Positions 44,443 through 57,000 of a stretch of 64,000 bases of DNA are shown here, one piece after another. Within the stretch, counting starts at the first letter, position 1, and every line of letters begins with the position of its first letter. The stretch is from assembly GCA_038087875.1 (NCBI GenBank), contig CM075990.1, positions 4,714,001-4,778,000 of the forward strand. Reading direction: 5' to 3'. Source of the stretch: Malacoraja senta (lineage: Eukaryota). Under the pieces are notes generated by a model, which saw nothing but the letters and a program-made list of their open reading frames with translations, was not told the DNA's origin and did not search any database. The translations under genes were made by a program, and so were the position numbers.

Positions 44443-45804
44443 TTGGCCTCTGTAAAATTGCTTGTAGTGTATTGGGAGTGATTGCAAAAGTAGGATTTCA
44501 GAACTAGGGTAAATGGGTGATCGATGATGTACTCAATGGGCCAAAGGGCCTGTTTCGTGCTGTATCTTTAATCAATCAATTAAAGTTTTGGTTCAAATTG
44601 GGAATTGAAAAGTTATTCCTAAAATCAAATTTGAAGCTCACAGTTTAGGCAAAGCTAAGGCTTTGGTGAGGAAATAGTCCATTCTCAGGAGGCCTGTCAG
44701 TCATTGAAGCCTTGAATTGGGTTGTTTACAAAATACAGCTTCTGACTAATCCATCCTTAGTATTGAGATAACATTGAACATCGAAAACAAGATTAGAAGA
44801 CCACAAGCAGAATTCAATCATGTAAAGGCACAAATAATTAACATTTCAGTCATTATTTTTTTCAGAAGTAGAGGTAAATATTAAAATGTTGAAAATAATT
44901 TGAAGGAAAATTGGGTTTTGACCGTAGACAACAATGAGAATTATTAGATGCTCACAAAATAAGATGAAATTTAAGTACAAAGAACATAAAAGAACAAAGG
45001 TTGGAAAAAAGGATGGTTCACGGCTGATTTAGGAGATAATCAGATAAAAAGATAGGGAAATTAAGGAGCAGATAAGGAAGATTAAACGCAGGTCAGAGGT
45101 ATGTTTTTAGAGATTGTAGTTAATGGCAACAGTTGTTATGGCATAAGCAAATATCAAAGAGAGAGACTCAGTCAGAATTTGGCTGCAGAGTGACTTTACT
45201 GGAAAATCCACAAATCTTGTTGATCAGAGACACTCTGTAAATGAAAGAACAGCTGGGCCATCAGTGATTACCAGAACTTGGAAAAAACGTGCTAAAAATA
45301 TTTGAGGATCAAACGGAGAAATTAAGGAATTCTAATGGGAAATTTCTTTAGGAAGATCATTGTAATCTCGGAGACAATGTTGACTGTGATGAATAAGAAT
45401 TTCTGAGGGCCACTGAGGTCAGGCATAAAATCTTCAATTATGCATCTCTTGTGTCTGGGAAAAGACTATTAATTTCATCTGGGACTGAATGCTTAGCCCA
45501 TGTCTTGGGAAGAGACTTCAATGACTCAATACATGTACCTGACAGTTTAGCTATTTGGGTTCAGTTAACCAATATTTAAGTAATCGGAAACTGGCATGGT
45601 ACAGAGAGCTAGTCAGCTTATGGTTACGATCTCCTTAGACCTGAATATCCATTCCATCATTAGAGAATGGCATGCTAGTCTTGAATATGGACCACTTTAA
45701 CATCAATCAGTTTGCAGAAGCTGCACACACGAAGACGCGTGGACTTCCTGAAAGATACCAGGATTTACAGTAACCATCAAACATTCACGGACAAGGGTCT
45801 TAAG

Positions 45805-46188
45805 GTCACAAATGATAGGAGCAGAATTAGGCCACTCGTTCCATCAAGTCTACTCCGCCATTCAATCATGGCTGATCTATCTCTCCCTCTCAACCCCATT
45901 CTCCTGCCTTCTCCCCATAACCCATGACTCACGTACTAATCAAGGATCTATCTATCACTGCCTTAAAAATATTCATTGACTTGGCCTCCATAGCCTTCTG
46001 TGTCAATGAAATCCACAGATTCATTCCCCTTTGACTAAAGAAATCCCTCTTCACCTCCTTTCTAAAGGAACGTCCGTTAATTCTGAGGCTATAACCTCTG
46101 GTCCCAGAATCTCCCACTAGTGGAAACATTCTCCCTACATCCACTCTATCCAGGCCTTTCACCATTCAGTCAGTTTCAATGAGGTGCT
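45805..46188 (-). mobile_element. CR1 3' fragment
   Basis: Minus ORF KGLDRVDVGRMFPLVGDSGTRGYSLRI...FFSQR. Confidence 0.85.
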
Positions 46189-46332
46189 CCACAAACTAAA
46201 CCAGATGAAATCTTTAAACAAGCTTCATGGCCTTACTTTCATGCTTGGGGTAAAGTTAAATAAATCAATCAGTTCTGAGAAATCTTACAAGACCAGATAC
46301 TAGAGGTTCATGGTGTACAGGGGCCATTAGGT

Positions 46333-46822
46333 TAGAAACATAGAAACATAGAAAATAGGTGCAGGAGGAGGCCATTCGGCCCTTCGAGCCAGCACCGCCA
46401 TTCATTATGATCATGGCTGATCGTCCCCAATCAATAACCCGTGCCTGCCTTCTCCCCATATCCCTTGATTCCACTAGCCCCTAGAGCTCTATCTAACTCT
46501 CTCTTAAATCCATCCAGTGACTTGGCCTCCACTGCCCTCTGTGGCAGGGAATTCCACAAATTCACAACTCTCTGGGTGAAAATGTTTTTTCTCACCTCAG
46601 TCTTAAATGGCTTCCCCTTTATTCTAAGACTGTGGCCCCTGGTTCTGGACTGGCCCAACATTGGGAACATTTTTCCTGCATCTAGCTTGTCCAGTCCTTT
46701 TATAATTTTATATGTTTCTATGAGATCCCCCCTCATCCTTCTAAACTCCAGTGAATACAAGCCTAGTCTTTTCAATCTTTCCTCATATGGCAGTCCCGCA
46801 ATCCCAGGGATCAATCTTGTGA
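46333..46822 (-). mobile_element. Young CR1 3' fragment
   Basis: Uninterrupted minus ORF 46431-46814 [36 protein letters not shown]...; (ctatgttt)n tail. Confidence 0.9.
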
Positions 46823-47897
46823 ATTACAGGAGGGAAAATTGTAAATGAAAGGCACAATAAGAAGGGGAACTTTGTAAACAATAGACATTACAGATCTTTA
46901 TGTTGTCGTAAAAGGGCCTTTATATTTAAGATAGCCCGAGTTATATAATCCTTTGGACTTGACTCTAGGCAAAACATAAATGGAAATTAGACCGTGAGTA
47001 TCTATAAACCAGGAAGAATTGAAATGAAATTAGATAAATTAATAAGCCTTCTGAACGGCCAAAGTTGACCTGACTACGCAAGATAGTGTGAATGGTTATC
47101 AACTCTTGCACTTATAAACAAATAGAGAGAGAGAGACCGCTGAGAGGTCCATGGCTATTGACACAGATTAGTTTCCAGTCCAGGGCTCCCTGGACTGGAA
47201 ACTAATCTGCCGTTGCTCTATTTGTCATATAATCAGGAAGATAGTTAGAAGAAGCTTCTCTGACTGACTTCCATGACCCCCTGACATCCAGCGTATTGGA
47301 GACAGTTTACCTGCAGATACTCAGCAAGGTAATGCTAAGACTTGAGAAACTACTGTTTACTTTAGTTTATTGTCATGTGCACCGAGGTACAGTGAAAAGC
47401 TTTTGTTGCGTGCTGTCCAGTCAGCTGAAAAAGAATACAGGATTACAATCGAGCCATTTACAGTGTATAGGTATACGATTTAACGTTTAGTGCAAGGTAA
47501 AGCCAGCAAAGTCCAAACAAGGATAGTGTGAGAGTCACCAATGAGGTAGACAGTAGTTCAGCACTGCTCTCTGGTTGTGGAAGGAACTACTCTCTACTGT
47601 GTAGGAAGGAACTTCAGATGCTGGTTTATCCCGAAGATAGATACTTTGTCTCTTGAGAAACTACACACATTCCCATCCATTTTTGATGTGGGCACGTTCC
47701 CCAAAGATACGCAGGTAATTTTCCTTTCAAGAAGGGCTCAAAAAAGTACAAAGTGCACTATTACAGAGATGACTTTCATGTAAAAGCTAGGAATGTCCAA
47801 TAACAAAGCCCATTTCATTTGTAATCCCTTCCATGGGCTAAGGCATTCAGCCAGTTTAATAGTTATAGCTGAAAACATTAACTATGATTCATAAAAA

Positions 47898-48190
47898 GTT
47901 TAGTGTTTAGAGATACAGTGTGGAAACAGGCCCTTCAGCCCACCGAGTCCACGCCGACCCCGTACACTATCACTATCCCACACACTAGGGACATTTACAA
48001 TTTTACTGAAGCCAATTAACCTACAAACCTGCATGTCTTTGGAGTGTGGGAGGAAAGCGGTGCACCCGGGGAAAACCCATGTGGACAAGTGGAAAACGTA
48101 CAAACTATGTACAGACAGCGCCCATAGTCAGGATCAAACCTGGGTCTCTGGCGCTGTAAGTCAGTAACTCTACCACTGCGCCACTATGCC
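47898..48190 (-). mobile_element. HE1/V-SINE-type element
   Basis: Tail, core and tRNA head on the minus strand. Confidence 0.8.
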
Positions 48191-51100
48191 CCCCTTATTG
48201 ATATGGTTCGGTTCAAGCAAACTATTCAATTTTTAAACTGTCTTGACAGCATTGTTACTTTCTAAAGGCACCTAGTCAAGGTGCAGCAGGATAACATGGT
48301 GTAAACAGATATCCAGACAATAGGAAACAGAGAGATAAAAATGACTTTAAGCTAAAATAGAAGCAGAGTAATGGCAACACAGCTGGAGGATGAGTTTAAA
48401 TCTGGGATAATAGGGAGTAGATGGGAGTTTGTGTGTGAGGAATAGCTGAGTGAATCTCAAGGGGAAGATCTCAGTAATCACTTACGGTTCTTAAATGGTA
48501 CATACAGATCTTTTTATGAGACTATAATTACCAACATCTCCTGAAGGCGGTGCAGTGGAGGCGAAGGCCAATTTAATTAAGGGGCTCTTTCACAGTCAGA
48601 TATCAATCCAACAAGCAGGGAACTTGATTTGGCTTTTAATTTTGATTCCTCCTTAAAGGTGAACAACTAATACATTTTCACTCTCTGCATAGTTATTTTG
48701 TATTGATATTAGTTTAGTTTAGTTTATTGTCACGTGTACCGAGGTACAGGAAAAAGCGTTTTGTTGCGTGCTAACCAGTCAGTGGAAAGACTCTATGATT
48801 ACAATCGAGCTGTCCACAGTTAAAGGGAGTAACGTTCAGTGCAAGATAAGGCCCAGGAAAGTCTGATTAAAGATAGTCTGAGGGTCTTCAATGCGGTAAA
48901 GTGAGAAATACTTCTGTTGGGGTAGAGGTTTAAAAGAGTGGAGCGATTGTAATGAACGATTGCAGATCCACTTCTGGGACCAGCACACAGAAAGTTGCCT
49001 GGATGGGCCGCCATATTGGAATATTGATATTGTGCATCAGCAAATGTTTGTATGTTCATTATAAATGAATCATTGATTCCTATTTTTTAGTCATTCATCC
49101 AAATTCATTTCATTTTGTACATGGAATGCCTTACAGATCACTTGCATTCCACCTATTTTACCCCGACTGGCCCACAACACAGATCCTGTACCCAGTGATC
49201 TCATAGACCATTCAGCACCACTATTCATTTATGTCTCCAATCGAATAAAGAGTCGTCTTGGTGTTCGTAGAATTAAAGTTCTTTTTTTATAGTAACGTTG
49301 AAAACGTCACAATGTCCCAAAGTATTTACAACCACAGAGGTGTTTATTTGAGGAATATTTGTTGCCCTAACGCAGAACACATCAGCCAACGTGTTGCTAA
49401 AATGACCAAGTCCCAGTGATGTTGGTTGAGGGATAAATATAGGTCAGGACACCAGGGGGAGCTCGAGTGCTGATCTTTTATGTCCACTTTTGAGGTCTAA
49501 TGGGTTATTGATTACTATTTCAAAAAGACAGCATCCCGTGCTGAGTTATTAGTCTAATTAGTCAGGTGCTTGGGTCCCCAGGGTGGAGTTAAGGCCACAA
49601 CCTTCTGAAGATTAAGCCAAATCGATCCAGTGTGTGATCACTGACTGTGGCTCATTGCCAAAATCCAGCTGTGCAGTCCTGAGTCCCCTTGAAGCATAGA
49701 TCCAGAATTTCAACGAAAATCTAACCCACGGATTTTTTTTCTTTCAAACAGGATGTGTTTTCAGCAAGATGAGCACAAGCTCGGATTATACACCTGCATT
49801 GTGAGAGATAGCAGCCACCTTTGTAGCGGATGCAGAGACAGGCAACGATGCATGTTATAATGGTGATCTGGGTTTTGATTCTACCATGGGGCAGGCACTT
49901 GGGCAGAGCTTGTGTAAAGATGTCCTTATCATGACAAATTAAAGTAGGAACCATTTCCACACAGCTTAGATGAAACAGTAAAGGACTGAGAATGGAGATT
50001 GGAGAGCCTTTCAGGATAAACACTGCTATCTATGTTTAAATCCAACATGAAGGATGGAACGGTGTTGCATGACATGGGTTTCTGTAGTTTAATTGCAATT
50101 CTCTGAGAGCTTAAGTCCCTTGCAAAAATAGCACAAAGCAATATAGTTGTACCTCAAACCTCACGGTACTGGACACATACTATTTCCCCTGGTATATTAG
50201 TGATCACCACAGGGCCAGAACAGCAGGCAGTATAAATGCACGTTGCTAATAAGGTCCTCTCCCACTTACGACCAAATCCCATTATCAAACTCTTGATCGA
50301 ATGGCGGAGCAGACTCGTTATGTCAAATGGCCTAATTCTTTTGGGTGAGTTTCTGGAGGCTCCCTGCATAACCGCCAGATTGTGACTCAAGGAATGTCCG
50401 TGTACAAAGTAGAATAAAATTTTGATGCGTAGTTTGCCTCTTCAGTCAGGCAGAGTACATGATGGCTGTGATTTTGACACTCGGTGTGATTTGCTTAACA
50501 TCTAAGCAAGACCCCTTAAACCGCACCGGCCAAAGTGGTCAAACTAAAGGACTTCTTTGTGAGCACAGTAAAACTCAGTTAATCTGACACGGTGGGAATG
50601 TTGGTGCTGCCAGTCTGCAGATTTTCCAGACTATTGGATGGCATTTCTATTAATACTCCAGCAGACTTGAATTAATTTTTTGAATATGTTACACACAGTA
50701 GTGCAGCACAAGTTTAAAGAGAGAATTGGAAATGGGCTCCTTGAGATGAGAGAGTGGGAAACTATGGCCCTGTGCGTCTCACCTGCTCTCTCACTCAGCT
50801 ACCCTCCCTCCTGTGTTTCAAGGGGGTGTTACAACCACGGCCGCAGTGTGTCGAGGAGCGCACAGCTGGACCCACGGCCCAGGGATGTTAATGGGAGTGT
50901 GGAAGCTGCAACCAGTGAAGCAGATGAATCACGGGATGTCCAAACAATTCAGTTAATGTATCTTTGTTTTATAGGATGTTTAGCATTGGCAAAGTCTTTG
51001 ATTGTCATGGGTGATATCGGTTTATGTTTTGTCTGTTTTAAAGAAAGATGCCATCAATAAAAAAAACATGAAAAATGTGAGGTGCTGTACTACTATGGAG

Positions 51101-51809
51101 CGGCAATGAACAGGTTTTGCACAGAGTACCAGCCAGGAATGAAATGTGATACAAATGTCAGGAATTAACATGTACGAATGGAAGAACTGGTGAATCAAAC
51201 TTAACACTGAAACTTTGATTAACACCTATACATAACAATTCGCACGTCTACCACCCTACATGTGCACCTGCTCAATGCTCACACACTGAGGTACTCCCAC
51301 CGTCTCCTAACATAAACCCATGTCCACCTCCTCATGCACCCTCCTCTCCACAAGCTCACCTGTCAAATTCTCACCTTCTCTCCTGCCCACACGATAACCT
51401 ACCTTCCGCACACACACCCACTTGCTCTCCTGCTGATTTTCCCATCTGCACACCTGACCCCACTCCCATCTGGCATACACTCCCTACCCTCCTGTCCACA
51501 CCATTCTTCCCACACCCCTACACTATCTGCTCACACACTCATCTCTTCATTTGCCAAATACCATCTACTGCCCTGCCTACACATACATCCGTTCACCTAT
51601 TCCCCCCACCCCTATCTCGTGTTCAAGAGTCAAGAGTGTTTTATTGTCATATGTCCCAGATAGAACAATGAAATTCTTACTTGCAGCAGCACAACAGAAT
51701 ATGTAAACATAGTATGATATGACAAACGAGAAAGAGAAAAGAAAAGCTCAGTGTGTATATATGTACATACTCACAACATACCCGTATATATATACACACA
51801 TACTCAAAT

Positions 51810-52424
51810 TCAGCAGCGCAGCGCTGTATACATCGCGGAGTGGGTGATGCCTCACCTGGGATCGCCGTTTGAAGCTCCGGAGTGTTGGGCCTGCTGCTTC
51901 AACATCGCGGAGCTGTGGTTTGTAGAGCTCCCAGCGCGGGCGGCGCTGACCAACATCGCGGATTCCTGGGACCCTTTGCCGAGGGCTGCCAGCATTGAAT
52001 CTCCGCCCAGCTCGGCCTGTGGACTTCGGGAGCCGTGGACTCCGGTAGGAAGTGGCCGATTCGGATGTGCAAGCCGCTGAGGATGTTCTTCCTTCCGACG
52101 TCGGAGTTCCATCATCCCGGCGAGAGGACCTGGGCATCAGGCCACCCGTAGCGGCGACTGCGGGGGGCTCGGAAGGCCCCGACCACGGGTGAACATCAAA
52201 GAACATCAAAGAGGAGGATGACTGAACTTTGGTGCCTTCCCTCGCAGTGGGAAACTTTGATACCGCTGTGGGGATGTTTATGTTATAGGCTATCGTGTTC
52301 TGTGCTTTTTTTAAATTTTTTTATTCGTATGGCTGTATGGGAAAAAGCATTTTGTTGTCTCTGTACTTGTACTCTGCACAATGACAATAATGTTGCATCA
52401 AATCAAATCAATCAAATCAAATAA
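51810..52424 (+). mobile_element. GC-rich non-autonomous retroelement with LINE-like tail, nested in a Rex/Babar fragment (51626-52700, minus)
   Basis: Repeated aacatcgcgga motifs, CpG-rich body, ...tgacaataa...(caaat)n tail; flanking minus ORF RRYRSLKTVTSRFRNSFFPSAIRLLN. Confidence 0.55.
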
Positions 52425-53981
52425 CAAACAAAGTGCAACAATAATAATAATAGTCTATTGTAGTTCAGAGCTTATATGAGGTTGTAGTGTTTAATAGCCT
52501 GATGGCTGAAGGGAAGAAGCTGTTCCTGAACCTGGACGTTACAGTTTTCAGGCTCCTGTACCTTCTACCCAATGGCAGTGTGAAATGAGTGTGAGGACAG
52601 GATGGTGTGGGTCTCTGTTGATGTTGGCTGCCTTTTTGAGGCAGCGACTCAGATAAATCCCTTCGATGGTGGGCAGGTGAGAGCCCGTGATGGACTGGCA
52701 CCTATCTACTGTCCTTCGGCCCACTGAGTCCACGCCGACCAGCGATCCCCGCATATTAACACTACCCTACACACACTAGGGACAATATTACATGCATAAA
52801 TGTACACCAAACCAATTAACCTACAAACAAGTAGGCCTTTGGAGAGTGGGAGTAAGCCGGAGCAACCGGAGAAAACCCACACAGGTCACAGGGAGAACGT
52901 ACAGTACAAACTCTGTACAGACAAGCACCCGTAGTCAGGATCGAACTCGGGTCTCTGGTGCTGTAAGGCAGCAACTCTACCGCTGCGCCACCGTGCCGCC
53001 CTTTTGCTGTGTACATTCAAGACATGCAATCAAAATATTTTGAGAGATTATCAGGTAGTACACTGGCACAGTTGTAGAGTTGCTGCCCTACAGCGCCAGA
53101 GATCCAGGTTCAATCCTGATTACTGGTGCTGTCTGTACCGAGTTTGTACGTTCTCCCCGTGACCTGCGTGGGTTTTCTCCGGGTGTTCCGGTTTCCTCCC
53201 ACATTCTAAAAATGCATAGGTTTGCAGATTCATTGGCTTTGGTAAAGATTATAAATTGGCCCTAGTGTGTAGGATAGCGTTGGTGTACAGGGATCGCTGT
53301 TCGGCACGGTGGGCCGATGGGCCTGTTTCCAAGCTGTATCTCTAAACTAAACTAAACTAAAGCTGATGGGTTAATGCAGGGAAGTGACTCTGAGGTGCTC
53401 TAAAGAAGGGTCCCCATATCTAGTGACTCTGCTATCTTTAAGAGCCCTATCTAGCTCTCTCTTGAAAGCATCCAAAGAACTTCCACCGCCCTCTGAGGCA
53501 GAGAATTCCACAGACTCACAACTCTCTGTGAGAAAGTGTTTCCTCGTCTCCGTTCTAAATGGCTTACTCCTTTTACTTAAACTGTGGCTGGATTTGGATT
53601 CTGATTTGGATTCCTGGTGAGTGTTGCAGAATGTAAAGTGACCTCATTTTTGCTTTCACTTTATACCAGCTTCCCCACCCCACCCCCCTCTAAAAAACCT
53701 TCCAGAATGCAATACACGATGTCTGAACCCGTTGTTTGTGCATGATCATGGCTGAAGCTAATCTGACTGACTATGGGATCGGCTGACAAGCAGGTGAACG
53801 GGCCACCCAGAAGCGTCTGGGCCCATTCGAGTTCATGTTTTGATGTAGCGCTGTGGAGCAGGCTAATCCTGGAACAATGGTGGCATGGAGTCACATGAAG
53901 GACTCCGTGAACTCTGCACTTATATAAATGACGGAGCAGTGGCAGGGATGTTTGGAGTCACACGATGGATGGTTGCTGAAC

Positions 53982-54078
53982 ATGTTGGATCAGAGTGTGC
54001 CTCTGATTGTCCTCCTACTGACTGTATCTCCTGCCTTTTACTTGGGGAATGGTCTTCAGCACAAAATTGGATACCTCG
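53982..54078 (+). CDS. Protease copy 2 exon 1
   Basis: Equivalent to 1281-1377. Confidence 0.83.
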
Positions 54079-57000
54079 GTAAGAGTAGTGAAGTTATTGT
54101 CTCAATGAAAAATAGACTCATTTCCTAACCTAAATAATGCTAATGTCGATCAGCAGTCAGATAATGAACTTTGAGTGTTACTGCCACTGCCTCACAGCTC
54201 CAGGAACTCCGGTTTGATTCTGACCTCTGAGTGCTATCTGTGTGGAGTTTGCTCGTTCTCCCAGTCACCACAGAGGATTCCTTCCGGTGCTCCAGTTTCT
54301 TCTCTCATCCCAGAGAAGCAGGTTGGTAAGTTAAGTGACTGCTGCGAATTGCCCCTTAGTGAAGGTAAGTGGGAATGGAATTAAAAATAAGGCAATTGGT
54401 GGACATGTGAGAGAGAATATGTTGTAATGCTACAGGGGAATAAGATGAGGGGATAATGGACTGATGGGATTACTCTGTTTAATATCTTGGACACGATGAG
54501 TCAATGGTCTTTCCTCTGTATGGTAATAAATAAGGTCAAAGAGAGATATGGTACAAACAGGCTCGCTGCCCACCGAGTCTGCACTAACCAGCAAACAGAC
54601 TAATCTTATTCTAGCACATTGGATTCTCCTCACAATTCCAACAACTCCACTCCCATCTCCAAAGTCTACCACAGAATAGGGGCAATTTATGGTGCTCAAT
54701 TAACCAACCAGCTATCATGCATTTAGGATGTGAGAGGAAACTGGAGCATCCAGAGAAACTCATTTGTTCACAGGGAGAATGTGCACAGGCAGAACTTGAG
54801 GTCAGTATTGAACCTGGGCTGCTGGAGCAATGAGGCAGCAACTCTACCGCTGCACCATTGTGCATAGAATTATTTCACGTTTACAGCACTGCCAAGGGTA
54901 ATGGTGGAAGCAGAAGCAATAGTGGTTGAAGACACTTTCAGATGGACATGGTCGTAGGATGTAGGTGAGGCACTAAACGAGTCCTCTGCATCTGTATTCA
55001 CAGGATCACAGGATCATGTGCAGGCAGAAGGAATTTGTTTGTCAGCATCGTATTTGGCACAGATATTGTAGGACGAAGGGCTTGTCCTGAGCTGAACTGT
55101 TCTATGTTCAATGTCACCATCCTATGCACCTCAACTACTCAGTGTGATAGTGTGTGCCACATTCTTGCCAAACTCTAGATAATGAAGTCTCTCCAGAATT
55201 CACTCATGGGTAATTTAGTGACTGCCTTGTACTTTTGGCTCTGGCTTTGGGATCGTCCACCTATGTTCTCCCTATCAAACCCTTTCAATTTCTCAAAACC
55301 CTAGCCAATTTCTTCTCTGCCTTTTATTATCTAGCGAAGAACCCCTGCCTGTTCAGTCGTTCCAGTTTGGCATCAACGGATTGATAAAGTGTTATTCAGA
55401 AATTTTGAGCTGGTAGACACAAAATGCTGGAGTAACTCAGCGGGACAGGCAGCATCTCTGGAGAGAAGGAAAGGGTGACATTTTGGATCGAGATCCTTCT
55501 CCTCTCCACAGGGTGCCTTGCTGATATCTATATTTATTGTTTTTTCAGACTGGCCAGGGGATTGCGGTGTCCCACTGTTCTCGCCCAATGTAGCTGGAAG
55601 GATCGTATCTGGGAACGAGGCACGTCCACACTCCTGGCCATGGCAGGTCTCTCTGCAGGTAAACAACCCAACAAGGCACGGTGCCACACGGATATGGGAT
55701 CTTCTTCCAGAGGCTACTCTGGCTTTTATAACACCACCGTCAGCTCCCCCATTGAGCTCATCAGATTCTCTTGTCTGCTGTTTTTATAATATTAATCCTT
55801 TTTAAAAGTTATAAATTCTGCTTCCAAAAGCATTTCTGATTATACTTTGGGGAAAAAAATCTCCTCCACTCTCAACTTCCTATTATATATTGGACTGTAG
55901 CCCCCTGGTTCAAATGTGGCTACTAGTAGAATTGAACTTTCTCTCTTCACCTTAGCAAAACCCTTTATAATTTGGAAGGCTTTCTTAATTCTCGTGAGAG
56001 ACACAGGAAACTGAAGATGCTGGACTTGCTCCAGTTTTCTTAAGAGTCTTTTTGTTCTAAGCAGGGGTTAGACAATAACAAATACCCTTAAGTATTTTTG
56101 AAGAGAAACTTGCAACAATAGTTGGTTGTTATAAGTGTTGCTGCTTCTGTCGATATGCAACCTCACTTAACACAACCACCGGCCACAGAGTCAGGAATAC
56201 AATATTACCTAGGGATTAGAGTAGAGACATCCTATTTGTTCCTTTATTTCTGGATCAGCCTTCAAATAGATCCAAGAATCAGAAGGCAAAGGCCTTCTTT
56301 GTGGCTTTTAAAGTCATAGATGAAATAATGTTGCACAGCCTCATAAGAACAGAAGAAAATAAGAGCAGGAAGAGCATACTTGGCCACTCAAACTGGTCTT
56401 ATCGAGTCCACATCGTTTGAGCTGAACACACTTCTCAACATCTGCTTGCAATGCAATCCCATTAAAACATAGAGCATAGGATATAATGATCATGTCTGAT
56501 CTACCCCAGACCTCATCTCCCCTCATCCTTCTAATCAACAGCGAGTACATGCCTAGAGCCATCAAACGCTCATCATATGTTAACCTAATCATCCCAGGAT
56601 TCTGTAAGTGAGCCACTTGCTAAATGTTGACGAGCATTTGAACTGCTCTTGTAGCTGTGATTTATGCCATTGATTCAGTTGGAATTCCGGTCAGCAGTAT
56701 TCCCAAAGATATTATTGGTGACGTCTCCTTATAGAAATGCCATTGAATGTCAAGGGTAAATGGTTAGATTTTTTCGTTGATGATGGTCATGGGAGGAGTA
56801 AATATTATTTGCAACTTATCAGTCCTCTAATGCTGTAGTTACAAGCTTTTCTCTCTTGCTAGGTGCGTCCTAGGGGGAGTCGGTCCTATAGTCACGTCTG
56901 TGGTGGGACACTCATTCACAGTCACTGGATCCTGACTGCAGCACATTGCTTTCAAAAGTAAGCAAACAAAGGTTTGAGGCAAAGTGTTTGAATAACATAC

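Noticed and set aside
49732..49950. Strong splice-acceptor-like sequence (ttttttttctttcaaacag) followed by Cys-containing frames
   Set aside because: All frames stop quickly, there is no matching donor or partner exon, and no recognisable protein family.
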